Shown here: one piece after another, positions 1 through 9,012 of the stretch | How the letters are laid out: the number at the start of each line of letters is the position of its first letter | Position numbering within the stretch: position 1 is the stretch's first letter | DNA from: Candidatus Roizmanbacteria bacterium RIFCSPHIGHO2_02_FULL_40_13b | GTDB taxonomy: Bacteria > Patescibacteriota > Microgenomatia > UBA1406 > HO2-37-13b | Assembly (NCBI GenBank): GCA_001789445.1 | Contig: MFZQ01000013.1 | Coordinates: 4,596 to 68,595 of the forward strand | Reading direction: 5' to 3' | DNA: 64,000 nt | The notes under the pieces: model-generated | The model's input: the letters and a program-made list of their open reading frames with translations, nothing else | The model's database searches: none | What the model was told of the DNA's origin: nothing | Translations under genes and position numbers: made by a program

Positions 1-71
1 TTCATACACGGATTCCAAACAGCGGGCGATTGCTTTTTCTTCGTTAAAAATTGCAAGTGCGACTGAAAGCT

Positions 72-938
72 TCATACATTTATTATACTTGGATTGAATG
101 GAATTTCATTCTTTCCTTCAAATTGAACCTTTTTTATTACTAGTTTTCCATCCGCAAAAGCACAATCGGTAATTTTCATGCGCTTATCATCAACAAGGGT
201 CCAGATTCCTGGCCAGGGGTAAAGGGCTCTAAACTTGTTATAAATTTCGCGTCCATCCTCTATTATGCCATCTTCAATTTTCTGAAATTCGACAAATCCA
301 TCATCTTTTTTGAGTAATTTTGTATAGGTAGCTTGTGAGTGATCCTGGATTCCCGCTCCCTGAAGGGGACCTTCGGCCTTCGCGAGAATGACATTGAGGA
401 TCTCTTTCTTAAACAACTCAAACCCAACATTCGTCAACTCTGTTTCAAGTTCTGGTCGTCTCATATCTGGCCCAATCGCATACTCAACCTGGGAAATAAT
501 GGGTCCGTGATCCATTTTTTCATCCATTTTCATGAGCGTGACTCCGGTCACTTTGTCTCCATTAAGTAAGGGATAGGTGGTGGGGGAAGGTCCTCGATAT
601 TTGGGGAGCAAGGAAGGGTGGATGTTCCAGAATCCATATTTTGGAATTTGCAGAATATCTGCGGGAATTATCTTGCCAAATGCGTAAACTAAAGCTAGAT
701 CAATATTGTTAAATTGTTGATTTGTTAAATTGTTACCATTCATGTAATTGATAGGAATCGAAAACTTTTCGGCCAAAAGTTTCACCGCCGAAGGCGTGAG
801 AACTTGCTTTCTCCCTACTGGCTGATCGGGCCGAGTAATGACGAGTGCGACTTCAATCTCTTTCAGTTCAGGGTCGGTGAGAATTTTTTCCAGAAAGTCT
901 GCGGAAAATTGTGGAGTTCCAAAATATGCAATTTTCAT
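72..938 (-). CDS. fmt: methionyl-tRNA formyltransferase (contains in-frame repeat insertions)
   Basis: Motifs FGTPQFS, NIHPSLLPKYRGPSP, GVTLMKMDEKMDHGPI and RALYPWPG. Confidence 0.95.
   Translation of the reverse strand: MKIAYFGTPQFSADFLEKILTDPELKEIEVALVITRPDQPVGRKQVLTPSAVKLLAEKFSIPINYMNGNNLTNQQFNNIDLALVYAFGKIIPADILQIPKYGFWNIHPSLLPKYRGPSPTTYPLLNGDKVTGVTLMKMDEKMDHGPIISQVEYAIGPDMRRPELETELTNVGFELFKKEILNVILAKAEGPLQGAGIQDHSQATYTKLLKKDDGFVEFQKIEDGIIEDGREIYNKFRALYPWPGIWTLVDDKRMKITDCAFADGKLVIKKVQFEGKNEIPFNPSIINV
346..393 (-). repeat. GTCAT-type REP palindrome inserted in frame in fmt
   Basis: Reverse complement TGTCATTCTCGCGAAGGCCGAAGGTCCCCTTCAGGGAGCGGGAATCC nearly matches the intergenic copy at 13308-13354 and encodes VILAKAEGPLQGAGI. 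Confidence 0.85.
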
Positions 939-967
939 AGAATTACGACACGCGGAGGTTTTCTTGT

Positions 968-1029
968 TGTCATCCCCGACTCCGATCGGGGATCTATTTA
1001 AATAGATTCCCGCCTTCGCGGGAATGACA
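968..1029. repeat. REP dimer (REPIN-like): TGTCATCCCCGA..TCGGGGATC / GATTCCCGCC..GCGGGAATGACA
   Basis: Two inverted palindromes tagged by (T/C)GTCA. Near-identical copies at 2511, 10388, 13308, 17726, 32466, 58358 and 60983. Confidence 0.9.
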
Positions 1030-1033
1030 CTGG

Positions 1034-2143
1034 CTATCTCGTTATCTGGTACGATTTTACTTTCTCAAGTAGTTCTTTGGCTCTTGGATCTGTTTCAAAA
1101 TGCTTTCGGACGGGCTCGATAAGTTTGTCGATGAGGGCGGCAACGGTGTTTTTGAGGTCTTGTGGATGGATTTCTTTGGCGACATATTTCTCCTCTAGAT
1201 CCTGAAACGAGTTCAGGATGACAGGGCCACCAAATTTTTCTGGCCGCTCAATCGTTATTTTATCCATTCCAAGCTGGTCGAGAGATTCGAAAATAATATA
1301 TTTGCAATATTCGAGAATTGGATTTTCCTCAACAACTCCTTCAGGGCAATATGCACGAGCAATTTTTCGGGAAATTTCTTCTGTTGTATCCGTCATAAAA
1401 ATCGCTGAATCAGGGTTTGATTTTGACATTTTCATACGTTCTGTTCTTTCATATGCTTCAGAAGGTGCAGGGCTGGGGCTGGGTGATGGCGATGATTGTG
1501 TCAATCCCAACAACATATGATGAGATACAACAATTGGCTTATCAAAGCCCAATTGCGGGCCGATTTCTCGAGCGAGCATATTGACTTTTCGCTGATCCAT
1601 TCCAAGTTGCGTAACCCGCGCTTTCAAATAAAAAACGTCTGCCGCTTGCATGGCAACATACATGAGCTGGGCGAGTGTCAAATCCATCGATTCGGCCCGT
1701 CCCATAATCTCGGCGGCCCGCACAAACCGTTTAATCGCGTTTGTTTTGGCGATTTTCATGACAAGTTCCCAGTATTTCGGATCCTTCACAACTTCGCTTG
1801 CCCATACAAACTCGACATGATCCAACTTCATTCCAGACGCTTTCCAAACTTCGATTAAGTATTTTCCGACCGTTTGAATTTTTTCCATATCTCCGCCCAT
1901 TTTATTGTTCAAATACGCATGCCAGTCGGCAACAAGCATCTTGAAATGAGCACCTGAAGCAATCATTTTGTTCACATTTATTGTACGAAGGATTCCCGTT
2001 GCTATATGCACTTGTCCCGAAGGTTCAAACCCGTCATATGCAACAAACAGCTCATTTTTTGAAATGAGACTTTCCAATTCTTCAACCTGAATTATTTCTT
2101 CTCCAACAGTCTTGAGTAAACTTAATTTTTCTTGCAAAGACAT
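1034..2143 (-). CDS. tyrS: tyrosyl-tRNA synthetase, archaeal/eukaryotic type
   Basis: Motifs YDGFEPSGQVHIATG, MQAADVF, LGMDQRKVNMLARE, KMSKS, AYCP and HPQDLK; no S4 domain. Confidence 0.92.
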   Translation of the reverse strand: MSLQEKLSLLKTVGEEIIQVEELESLISKNELFVAYDGFEPSGQVHIATGILRTINVNKMIASGAHFKMLVADWHAYLNNKMGGDMEKIQTVGKYLIEVWKASGMKLDHVEFVWASEVVKDPKYWELVMKIAKTNAIKRFVRAAEIMGRAESMDLTLAQLMYVAMQAADVFYLKARVTQLGMDQRKVNMLAREIGPQLGFDKPIVVSHHMLLGLTQSSPSPSPSPAPSEAYERTERMKMSKSNPDSAIFMTDTTEEISRKIARAYCPEGVVEENPILEYCKYIIFESLDQLGMDKITIERPEKFGGPVILNSFQDLEEKYVAKEIHPQDLKNTVAALIDKLIEPVRKHFETDPRAKELLEKVKSYQITR

Positions 2144-2472
2144 GACTTTATTATAGCAGAATTTGTAGCTACGTACTGAACGTTACAGTTAAAAAGGAGA
2201 CTTTTATTTCGAACAATCGCAGATACAGTACTGGTATTTTTAATTGTATCTGTTGGTAGAAGCGCGACGATTTTGCACTTTTTAAGTAGATATTCCTCTC
2301 TAGTTATTGTTGGTGAAGGGGGTGGAAGGTTCGTTGGGTTCGGGATTGCTGTAGGAGGAACATACTTTCGATCTTCTTCAGCGATACCTTTGCCCAGCCG
2401 GAAGCCCATGAGAAAGAAGACGATGACTAATAGTGTTGCAAGGAATGCAATTGCGCGTTCATTTCGGGACAT
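2122..2472 (-). CDS. hypothetical membrane-anchored protein
   Basis: N-terminal hydrophobic helix and Pro/Thr linker. Confidence 0.55.
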   Translation of the reverse strand: MSRNERAIAFLATLLVIVFFLMGFRLGKGIAEEDRKYVPPTAIPNPTNLPPPSPTITREEYLLKKCKIVALLPTDTIKNTSTVSAIVRNKSLLFNCNVQYVATNSAIIKSCLCKKN

Positions 2473-2510
2473 GATTGTATTATAACAGTTGTAATCCTGG
2501 ACCGGAACGT

Positions 2511-2572
2511 TGTCATTCCCGCGAAGGCGGGAATCTATTCAAATAGATCCCCGATCAGGGTCGGGGATGACA
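2511..2572. repeat. REP dimer
   Basis: TGTCATTCCCGCGAAGGCGGGAATC...GATCCCCGATCAGGGTCGGGGATGACA. Confidence 0.9.
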
Positions 2573-2576
2573 TGAG

Positions 2577-2963
2577 CTATAGTTTGGTGAGGTCTTGAGT
2601 GATGTCTTGTAGGTCCGTGTCGACATCGCTTATTTGAATTGCTTCTAGGTCTTTTTGTTCTTGTATTACAACTCCTGCCGAGGCAGAAGTTGTTGGTGCA
2701 GCTTCTGTTGGAGCCACCGTTTCAGTTTGAGATGTTTCTTCTGTTGGAGTTTGGCTTGGCTTTTTCTCTTTTGTAAATAAGAAGAGAAGTCCTAAGATTA
2801 TGATAATAACAGCCCCGATTCCCACAAGAACCATCGGATTTCTCATAGAAACAGGATTTGGAACAGAGGGCTCGATGGCTGGAGAGCCGGAGGTCCCGAG
2901 CGGAGCCGAGGGGCTCGTTGGCTCTACGACTGGCTCGACTGGTGTTGGGTTTGTTTCTTCCAT
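2577..2963 (-). CDS. hypothetical single-TM protein
   Basis: Pro-rich N-terminus, one TM helix, acidic C-terminal helix. Confidence 0.65.
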   Translation of the reverse strand: MEETNPTPVEPVVEPTSPSAPLGTSGSPAIEPSVPNPVSMRNPMVLVGIGAVIIIILGLLFLFTKEKKPSQTPTEETSQTETVAPTEAAPTTSASAGVVIQEQKDLEAIQISDVDTDLQDITQDLTKL

Positions 2964-2965
2964 AA

Positions 2966-3583
2966 TTATGGGGTTGGTGTCACCGTTCCCATTGCATGTC
3001 CAAAGGCAACGGCGGCACTAATAACTGCTTTTCGTGCTGATTGGACAACTTCCTTGAGCGCTTTAAGATCGGTTCGAAGTGACTGAACGACTGTCGAGAC
3101 ATCTGAACGAAGTGTTGATTCGGTATTAATTGTAATAACGTACGTCTTACCTTTCTGTGTTGTTACAGCCGCTTGAGCCGTTGAAATAGCTGTTCGTGCA
3201 CTTACTATTGCCGCCTCAACTGCACTTGTATCTTTTCCATTTGTTTTTGCTGTATTTGTTCTCGTTTCAATTTTGTTAAGAATTTCAGTTAATCGGGCGA
3301 GCACTTTATTAAAGTGATCGGTCATATTTGTATTAAGAGTAGTCAGGCGAGTATCGATCCGCTCAACAACTTCCTTTTTCTTTTCATCTTTAAGCTCCGC
3401 AAGCTTAGCCTTGAACTCCTCGCGGTTTTCTTTTCTTTCTTCTCTATTTGTTATACGAGTTTCTTGGTTTGTCTGTACGATTGTCGCACGAAGTTCTATT
3501 CGATTTTCAGCATTCGCAAGTGGGGAAAGAATGAGGAGAGAAGTGGTGATACAAAAACTAGCTATGGTCAGTTTTCTATACAT
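2966..3583 (-). CDS. secreted coiled-coil protein
   Basis: Signal peptide from MYRKLT (..PLANA) and long helical heptads. Start moved to the internal ATG. Confidence 0.7.
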   Translation of the reverse strand: MYRKLTIASFCITTSLLILSPLANAENRIELRATIVQTNQETRITNREERKENREEFKAKLAELKDEKKKEVVERIDTRLTTLNTNMTDHFNKVLARLTEILNKIETRTNTAKTNGKDTSAVEAAIVSARTAISTAQAAVTTQKGKTYVITINTESTLRSDVSTVVQSLRTDLKALKEVVQSARKAVISAAVAFGHAMGTVTPTP

Positions 3584-3618
3584 AAGCTGCAAAAAGTATA
3601 CACCTTTGGAAACATATG

Positions 3619-4929
3619 TCAAGTTTTCAAACGGGCTTTTGCAGCGGCTCGAGCTTTGAAATCTGCCCCAGTATGCCCTTTGATATCATGGGCTCGGGCC
3701 ACAGGCGAGGAAGTCTTTGGGTTTTGACTATAGAATTCTCCCTCTGGCGTTACAAATTTGAAGTAATACCCAGATTTGTCGGTCGCATGTGGATCCCATG
3801 CTTCTCCCCGTTGATACCGACGCGAAGCATCAAAGAGATCATGTAATACTTTAAAATCAGTATACGGATGAGCCAATCCACCTGCATGGCCTGCCTCATG
3901 CCGCAAGGTTGTGCCAAGAATCGAAGAGTGAATGGGGTAATCCTTATATTTCAAATTAACAGGGAGTTTACGCGGATCCAGAAATGGATCAAGCTTATTC
4001 CGAGAATCTTGATCATATAGCCGATCATTATGACCATAAAACAATTGCGAAATTCTATAACTAACCCACCGCATTGTTTCTTCTTCATCAGAAAGAGTTA
4101 TATTCCGTACCGGTAACAAAACATATCGTCTTTCCACAAAATATGACTTTCCAGTTTTGGGATCAATACGAGCCACTTCTGTTTTTTCTGCTTGTCCCAG
4201 AGGGCCCCAATTCATTTCTTCATCAGAAAATTCTCTCTTTTTCCAATAATCTCTATATAAATTAAGATTGACTTCAAGTTCTGCTACTTCGTTGGGATCC
4301 CACCCTTTTTCTTTCGCTCGTTCAGAAAGATTACGAAGTTTATCTTCAGCCTGGAATACATTTCCATTTTTGATAATTTCAAAATCTTGCCGATAATTTT
4401 CCATAGTGTGATTTACCCGAGCTACAAGATCCTCATCATCAATATCACCAGGTAATAAACTTGAATTTACTCGAGGTCCATCTAAGAGCACAATATGAAG
4501 CTCGGAGTTTGGATGATCTTTAATATAGGAAAACATTGGTTCATTTTCTAAAGCCTCTGGCATAATCTGTAGCTGAAAATCAGGTAGATTATGAATATAC
4601 GTTCGGTAGCGAGTTTGCAAATCTGTTTCGGATATGGGTACTGTAGGGTCCATCTGCGCTGCTTCAGCAACAAGTACTTGAGATATTGGGTGGGCTTTGT
4701 CAGAAAGACCTTCCCCAAATTCATCCTTTTTATTCTCAGGGTTTGCTACTATAGACGATATTGGATTTGGGTTTTCGCCTTGGACTCCAGTACTTACACC
4801 ATTTATCTCTCTCTGAGAACCTGATCCGATTGCAAGTCCTGTGGCGATTACGCCAGTAGCTATTTTTCGACCAATGTGACGTTTTAGCTTGTTGGTTGGA
4901 GATATTTCAGAACCGGAATATTCGCTCAT
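3619..4929 (-). CDS. hypothetical membrane-anchored protein with HExxH (possible zincin)
   Basis: N-terminal hydrophobic segment and TLRHEAGHAGGLAH motif. Confidence 0.6.
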   Translation of the reverse strand: MSEYSGSEISPTNKLKRHIGRKIATGVIATGLAIGSGSQREINGVSTGVQGENPNPISSIVANPENKKDEFGEGLSDKAHPISQVLVAEAAQMDPTVPISETDLQTRYRTYIHNLPDFQLQIMPEALENEPMFSYIKDHPNSELHIVLLDGPRVNSSLLPGDIDDEDLVARVNHTMENYRQDFEIIKNGNVFQAEDKLRNLSERAKEKGWDPNEVAELEVNLNLYRDYWKKREFSDEEMNWGPLGQAEKTEVARIDPKTGKSYFVERRYVLLPVRNITLSDEEETMRWVSYRISQLFYGHNDRLYDQDSRNKLDPFLDPRKLPVNLKYKDYPIHSSILGTTLRHEAGHAGGLAHPYTDFKVLHDLFDASRRYQRGEAWDPHATDKSGYYFKFVTPEGEFYSQNPKTSSPVARAHDIKGHTGADFKARAAAKARLKT

Positions 4930-5024
4930 ACTTTTTCTAGTCTACTCATGTAAAAGAATCATGTCAAGTTTTTTAATCCTCCTCATTGCAAAAAATCGGT
5001 GTATTTAGTATTCTTCAAGAACAG

Positions 5025-5936
5025 ATGAAAAAATTGAATCTTAATCCGGGATGGTTTGTGATTTTTGCAGTATTACTCTGGAGTCTTGATGGAATCCTTC
5101 GCCGCAGTCTCTTTTCACTCCCGCCGGCGATCATCGTTTTCTGGGAACACGCACTTGGTGCACTCGTTCTAACTCCATTTGTTTTAAAAAGAAGAGCAGA
5201 GTTTACGCTTCTCACAGCCCGAGAATGGACGGCAGTTGCAATTATCAGCCTATTTTCCGGCGCACTCGGAACAATCTTCTACACCGCGGCGCTCGGCCAG
5301 ATCAACTTTATCCAATTCTCCGTCGTTGTCCTTCTGCAACAACTGCAACCAATTTGGGCAATCGGAACAGCCGCAATAATTCTCAAAGAAAAGTTACCTG
5401 CTAAATTTCTCATGTGGGCGATCGTTGGGATAGCCGCAAGTTATGTAGTTACATTTCCCAACCTCACTGTTAATCTCGAAACTGGACAGGGAACAATTAT
5501 AGCCGCCGGATTTGCGCTCTTGGCCGGAATTTTATGGGGAAGCTCGACATCATTTTCAAAAATTGTGCTTAAAAAGACTTCATACATCGCAACAACGTAT
5601 TTAAGATTTCTTATCGCACCGATTTTTGCGGCGATGATCTTTGTGGGTTTGGGACAATCAGACAAACTGCTCACCATTTCCCAACCACAGTTGACCACAC
5701 TTCTCATTATCACCTTCTCAACCGGAATGGTAGCGCTCCTCATTTATTACTACGGCCTGCGAAAAATCCCGGTTCGAGTGAGCGCAATTCTTGAGCTTTT
5801 CTGGCCACTGTCGGCTGTGGTCATCGACTACTTCCTATTTAAGAAGATGCTTTCAGTTACACAAATCATCGGTGCTGCAATCTTGATCTACTCAATGTAC
5901 CGAGTTTCTCGCTATTCAAAAGATGAAGTGGTATAA
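5025..5936 (+). CDS. EamA/DMT family transporter
   Basis: About 10 TM helices in two repeats; LQPIWAI..AAIILKEK motif. Confidence 0.85.
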   Translation: MKKLNLNPGWFVIFAVLLWSLDGILRRSLFSLPPAIIVFWEHALGALVLTPFVLKRRAEFTLLTAREWTAVAIISLFSGALGTIFYTAALGQINFIQFSVVVLLQQLQPIWAIGTAAIILKEKLPAKFLMWAIVGIAASYVVTFPNLTVNLETGQGTIIAAGFALLAGILWGSSTSFSKIVLKKTSYIATTYLRFLIAPIFAAMIFVGLGQSDKLLTISQPQLTTLLIITFSTGMVALLIYYYGLRKIPVRVSAILELFWPLSAVVIDYFLFKKMLSVTQIIGAAILIYSMYRVSRYSKDEVV

Positions 5937-6291
5937 CGGGAAAGTCATTCACGGGGAAAAAATGGGCAGATTTTTGGGATTTCCTACAATTAATATATAT
6001 ACGAAGAATCTTTCACTTGACTTCAAAACTGGAATCTACGCCGCACGGGTGAAAGTAGGGGAAAAGCAATATGCCGGAAGCCTCTTTTACGGTCCGCGAC
6101 TGATCAAAAAAGAAACGGAAAATGTGCTCGAAATCTTCCTTTTGGACTTCGAAGGAGACTTGTATGAGAAAAAAATCGAGTTCTCTCCAGTGAAATTTAT
6201 CCGCGAGGTGCGAGATTTTTCCTCGCTTGAAGAGCTTGCGAAGCAGATGGAGGAGGATGTGAAGAAGACGAGAGAGATAATAGAGAACTGA
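5923..6291 (+). CDS. riboflavin kinase (stand-alone RibF C-terminal domain)
   Basis: Motifs GKVIHGEKMGRFLGFPTIN, GIYAA, LEIFLLDFEGDLY and FIRE..F.SLEEL..QM..D. Confidence 0.9.
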   Translation: MKWYNGKVIHGEKMGRFLGFPTINIYTKNLSLDFKTGIYAARVKVGEKQYAGSLFYGPRLIKKETENVLEIFLLDFEGDLYEKKIEFSPVKFIREVRDFSSLEELAKQMEEDVKKTREIIEN

Positions 6292-6328
6292 TCACCTCGG
6301 GGGCTTGGAGTCGTGAGCTTAGCCGAAC

Positions 6329-6424
6329 GATGGTTTGGCTTTTTGCAACAATATTGTACACTTCGGGTGCCTGCCTGCCGGCAGGCAGGTGTACATACTC
6401 TTCAAATTTTCTACTCCTTGACAT
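6329..6424 (+). repeat. direct repeat copy 1 (copy 2 at 8580-8669); ends in a TTGACA -35 box and carries a 20-bp palindrome insert
   Basis: Both copies share GATGGTTTGGCTTTTTGCAACAATATTGTACACTTCGGGTG...CAAATTTTCTACTCCTTGACAT. Confidence 0.85.
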
Positions 6425-6452
6425 ATCCAAATCACTTTAGTATACTAAAGTG
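6418..6452 (+). promoter_or_regulatory. leaderless sigma70 promoter overlapped by a HisR-type operator
   Basis: TTGACA(6418)-17 nt-TATACT(6441) with ATG at 6454. The perfect palindrome CACTTTAGTATACTAAAGTG (6433-6452) fits the YACTTTA-N6-TAAAGTR HisR consensus as I recall it. Confidence 0.85.
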
Positions 6453-6453
6453 C

Positions 6454-6780
6454 ATGAAGCAGGAAATGTGGGCTAGTCCCGAAACAGATAACCTTTTTTC
6501 AGCGATTTTGTCGCTCAAGAACCTTGATGAATCAAGGCGATTTTTTCGTGACCTTCTCACCGAACCCGAACTTGCAGAATTCGCAAATCGGTGGAAAGTA
6601 GCACAACTCCTTTCACAAAAAACTCCCTATTCTCAAATAGAAAAAGAGACCAGAATGAGCTCCACAACAATTGCCCGAATCAGCAAATGGCTTACCAACG
6701 GCATGGGCGGATACACGCTGGCACTCAACAAATTGAACCATCACCATCATCAATCAACCTCATTCGAGGAAGATTCCTGA
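6454..6780 (+). CDS. TrpR-family YerC/YecD (HisR-like) repressor with C-terminal His4
   Basis: LFSAILSLKN..E..RFFRDLLT..EL...RW.VA.LL....Y..I...T.MSSTTIARISKWL..G.GGY; start at the ATG after the -10 box. Confidence 0.9.
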   Translation: MKQEMWASPETDNLFSAILSLKNLDESRRFFRDLLTEPELAEFANRWKVAQLLSQKTPYSQIEKETRMSSTTIARISKWLTNGMGGYTLALNKLNHHHHQSTSFEEDS

Positions 6781-6804
6781 TGGCTTAAACATCTTTAAGA
6801 CTTC

Positions 6805-6836
6805 ATGAAACCTTCTCGAAAGAGGAGGTTTTTCAT
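6805..6836 (+). terminator. GAAA-tetraloop hairpin that sequesters the hutH Shine-Dalgarno (attenuator/sequestrator)
   Basis: GAAACCTTCTC-GAAA-GAGGAGGTTTT followed by T; SD GAGGAGG (6822-6828) lies inside the stem. Confidence 0.75.
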
Positions 6837-8366
6837 ATGAAAAAAATAGTACAGATCGATGGGAAAAACTTAACAATTGAGGATGTAGTTGCTGTGGCCC
6901 AAAACGGTGCTAAGATTACCTATAGTCAAAAAATAATCGATGGAATCCAAAAAAACTGGGATACGGTGGCTGAAATGATCGAGGAAGGGCAAACAATTTA
7001 TGGATTGAACACCGGAATTGGTGGGTTTGGAAATGTTCTTTTACCCGCCGATCAAACAGCGGAACTATCGGTACGAATGCTTCGGGCGCACGCGTCTGGA
7101 TATGGAGATCCGGTAACAGAAGAAGTTTCACGAGCATCATTTTTGGCACGAATCAATGTGTTGGCCAAAGGATATTCATGTATCCGTCCAATAATCTTCA
7201 CCACTATGATCGAAATGGTAAACCGCGGAGTCAATCCGGTTGCCTATGAAAAGGGGTCGCTGGGTTGCTCTGGAGACCTGGCACCTCTTGCCCAAATGGG
7301 TCTTGTCGTCATCGGCGAAGGAAAAGCGTATTACAAGGGAAAAATAATTGAAGGTGCTCTCGCACTGAAAAAAGCTGGAATTAAATCGGTAAAACTCGCA
7401 TATAGAGAAGGACTTGCACTCATGAACGGGTCTCAGATGATGACTGCGATAGCTACTCTTAATATTTATTCTGCCCAGCGGCTCATCAAAACGGCTGAAA
7501 TTTCTGCCGCAATGAGTATCGATGTCTTAAATTGTGTCGAGTCAGCCTATGACAAACGATATAACGCGGTGCGAGGGTTCAAAGGACAGCAAATTGTGGC
7601 TGAAAATATCCGCCGGTTGCTTTCCGGTAGTGAAATTCTCAAGCAAAAAAAGATAAATACCCAAAGCGCCTACAGTTTGCGATCAGTTCCACAAGTATCA
7701 GGTGCGTGTCGCGACGCACTCGATTACATACGAAGTATTGTCGAAATTGAACTCAACGCCGTTGCCGACAATCCAATTTTCTTTACAAATGACAGGGTTG
7801 CATTGAGTGGTGCTAATTTCCACGGTGCACCAGTTGCCTATACCCAAGATTTACTTGGAATCATTATGACGGACCTGGGCTCAATCTCAGAAAGGCGAAC
7901 TAATAATTTGCTTGACCCAGCTTGTAGCAAAGAGCTACCGGCATTTCTCGTCGAAAGCGCAGGCTTGGATAGCGGACTCATGATTTCCCAGTACACGCAA
8001 GCTGCACTTGTTTCAGAAAATAAAGTGCTGGCTACTCCGGCGAGTATCGACTCGATTCCAACATCTGCAAACCAAGAAGACCACGTTTCTATGGGAACAA
8101 TTGGCGCACGAAAAGCAAGCGAGATTATCCGAAACACCGAGGCGGTTATCGCTATTGAAGTTTTAGCTGCATGTCAGGCATATGAGTTTAGAAAACCACT
8201 CTTGGCTTCGAAATCATTTCGAGCGGTATACGACCTTGTGCGCTCAATTAGTCCAAAAATTGTGGAGGATAGGCCGTTTTATCAAGATATAGAAAAAATA
8301 GTGAAGCTTGTTAGAAGTTACCAAATCCTTGAAACCGCAGAATCGATGATAGGAAAGTTGAAATAA
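6837..8366 (+). CDS. hutH: histidine ammonia-lyase (MIO family, CSG variant)
   Basis: Motifs YGLNTGIGGF, RAHASG, GSLGCSGDLAPLA, EGLALMNG, AYSLRSVPQV, DNP, GANFHG and SANQEDHVSMG. Confidence 0.9.
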   Translation: MKKIVQIDGKNLTIEDVVAVAQNGAKITYSQKIIDGIQKNWDTVAEMIEEGQTIYGLNTGIGGFGNVLLPADQTAELSVRMLRAHASGYGDPVTEEVSRASFLARINVLAKGYSCIRPIIFTTMIEMVNRGVNPVAYEKGSLGCSGDLAPLAQMGLVVIGEGKAYYKGKIIEGALALKKAGIKSVKLAYREGLALMNGSQMMTAIATLNIYSAQRLIKTAEISAAMSIDVLNCVESAYDKRYNAVRGFKGQQIVAENIRRLLSGSEILKQKKINTQSAYSLRSVPQVSGACRDALDYIRSIVEIELNAVADNPIFFTNDRVALSGANFHGAPVAYTQDLLGIIMTDLGSISERRTNNLLDPACSKELPAFLVESAGLDSGLMISQYTQAALVSENKVLATPASIDSIPTSANQEDHVSMGTIGARKASEIIRNTEAVIAIEVLAACQAYEFRKPLLASKSFRAVYDLVRSISPKIVEDRPFYQDIEKIVKLVRSYQILETAESMIGKLK

Positions 8367-8370
8367 AAAT

Positions 8371-8565
8371 ATGGAAAATAATACACGACTAGATCCTCGT
8401 GAACTTACTGATGGAGAATTTGGAGATACTCCATCTACGCAAAGATCAGAGATAGGTAGAAAAACACTATATGATGAACTTTTGGAAGAATGTGCGCGAC
8501 GTGGAATGAATGAGGAAGAAATAAGGCGAGAAATAGAGGCTTTCATTGCAGTATGTGGAGATTAA
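8371..8565 (+). CDS. small hypothetical protein
   Basis: 64-aa ORF starting 4 nt after the hutH stop. Confidence 0.5.
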   Translation: MENNTRLDPRELTDGEFGDTPSTQRSEIGRKTLYDELLEECARRGMNEEEIRREIEAFIAVCGD

Positions 8566-8579
8566 GTATTCAACCTCGG

Positions 8580-8690
8580 GATGGTTTGGCTTTTTGCAAC
8601 AATATTGTACACTTCGGGTGTGTACAGCCACTTCGGATGTGTATAGTCAAATTTTCTACTCCTTGACATTACAAGTACTTGATCTATAAT
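8580..8690 (+). promoter_or_regulatory. direct repeat copy 2 running into a consensus sigma70 promoter
   Basis: TTGACA(8663)-16 nt-TATAAT(8685). Confidence 0.75.
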
Positions 8691-8696
8691 ACTACT

Positions 8697-8912
8697 GATC
8701 CTCCTTGTGAAAGATGGGTCAGTACATTGAAAAGTTTTTCTAACGAATTTTTTAGTAGGGTAGGCCATCCGTCAACTTTCACTAGTTGCCGAGATGACAA
8801 TGCCACAGTCTTCGTAGCCTCCCGCATGCGGTGTTACGAGCTGTCGGTGTCCCGTTTTCATATAAAAGAAAAACTTTCTATATGATCCTCTTTTGTTAAG
8901 GAGGGTCTTTTT
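8697..8912 (+). ncRNA. structured RNA candidate (6S-like rod or rho leader)
   Basis: End-to-end pairing GATCCTCCTT/AAGGAGGGTC, perfect 11-bp helix 8731-8741/8867-8877, inner hairpin 8812-8839, terminal T-run. Confidence 0.45.
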
Positions 8913-9012
8913 GCACGATTTGTTTCCCACCGTTTTTATAATTACGAATACTTACTTGAATAGCTAACTAATATAGTTTTTGTTCATTTCTTTTATAAAT
9001 TTATAAACCTCT

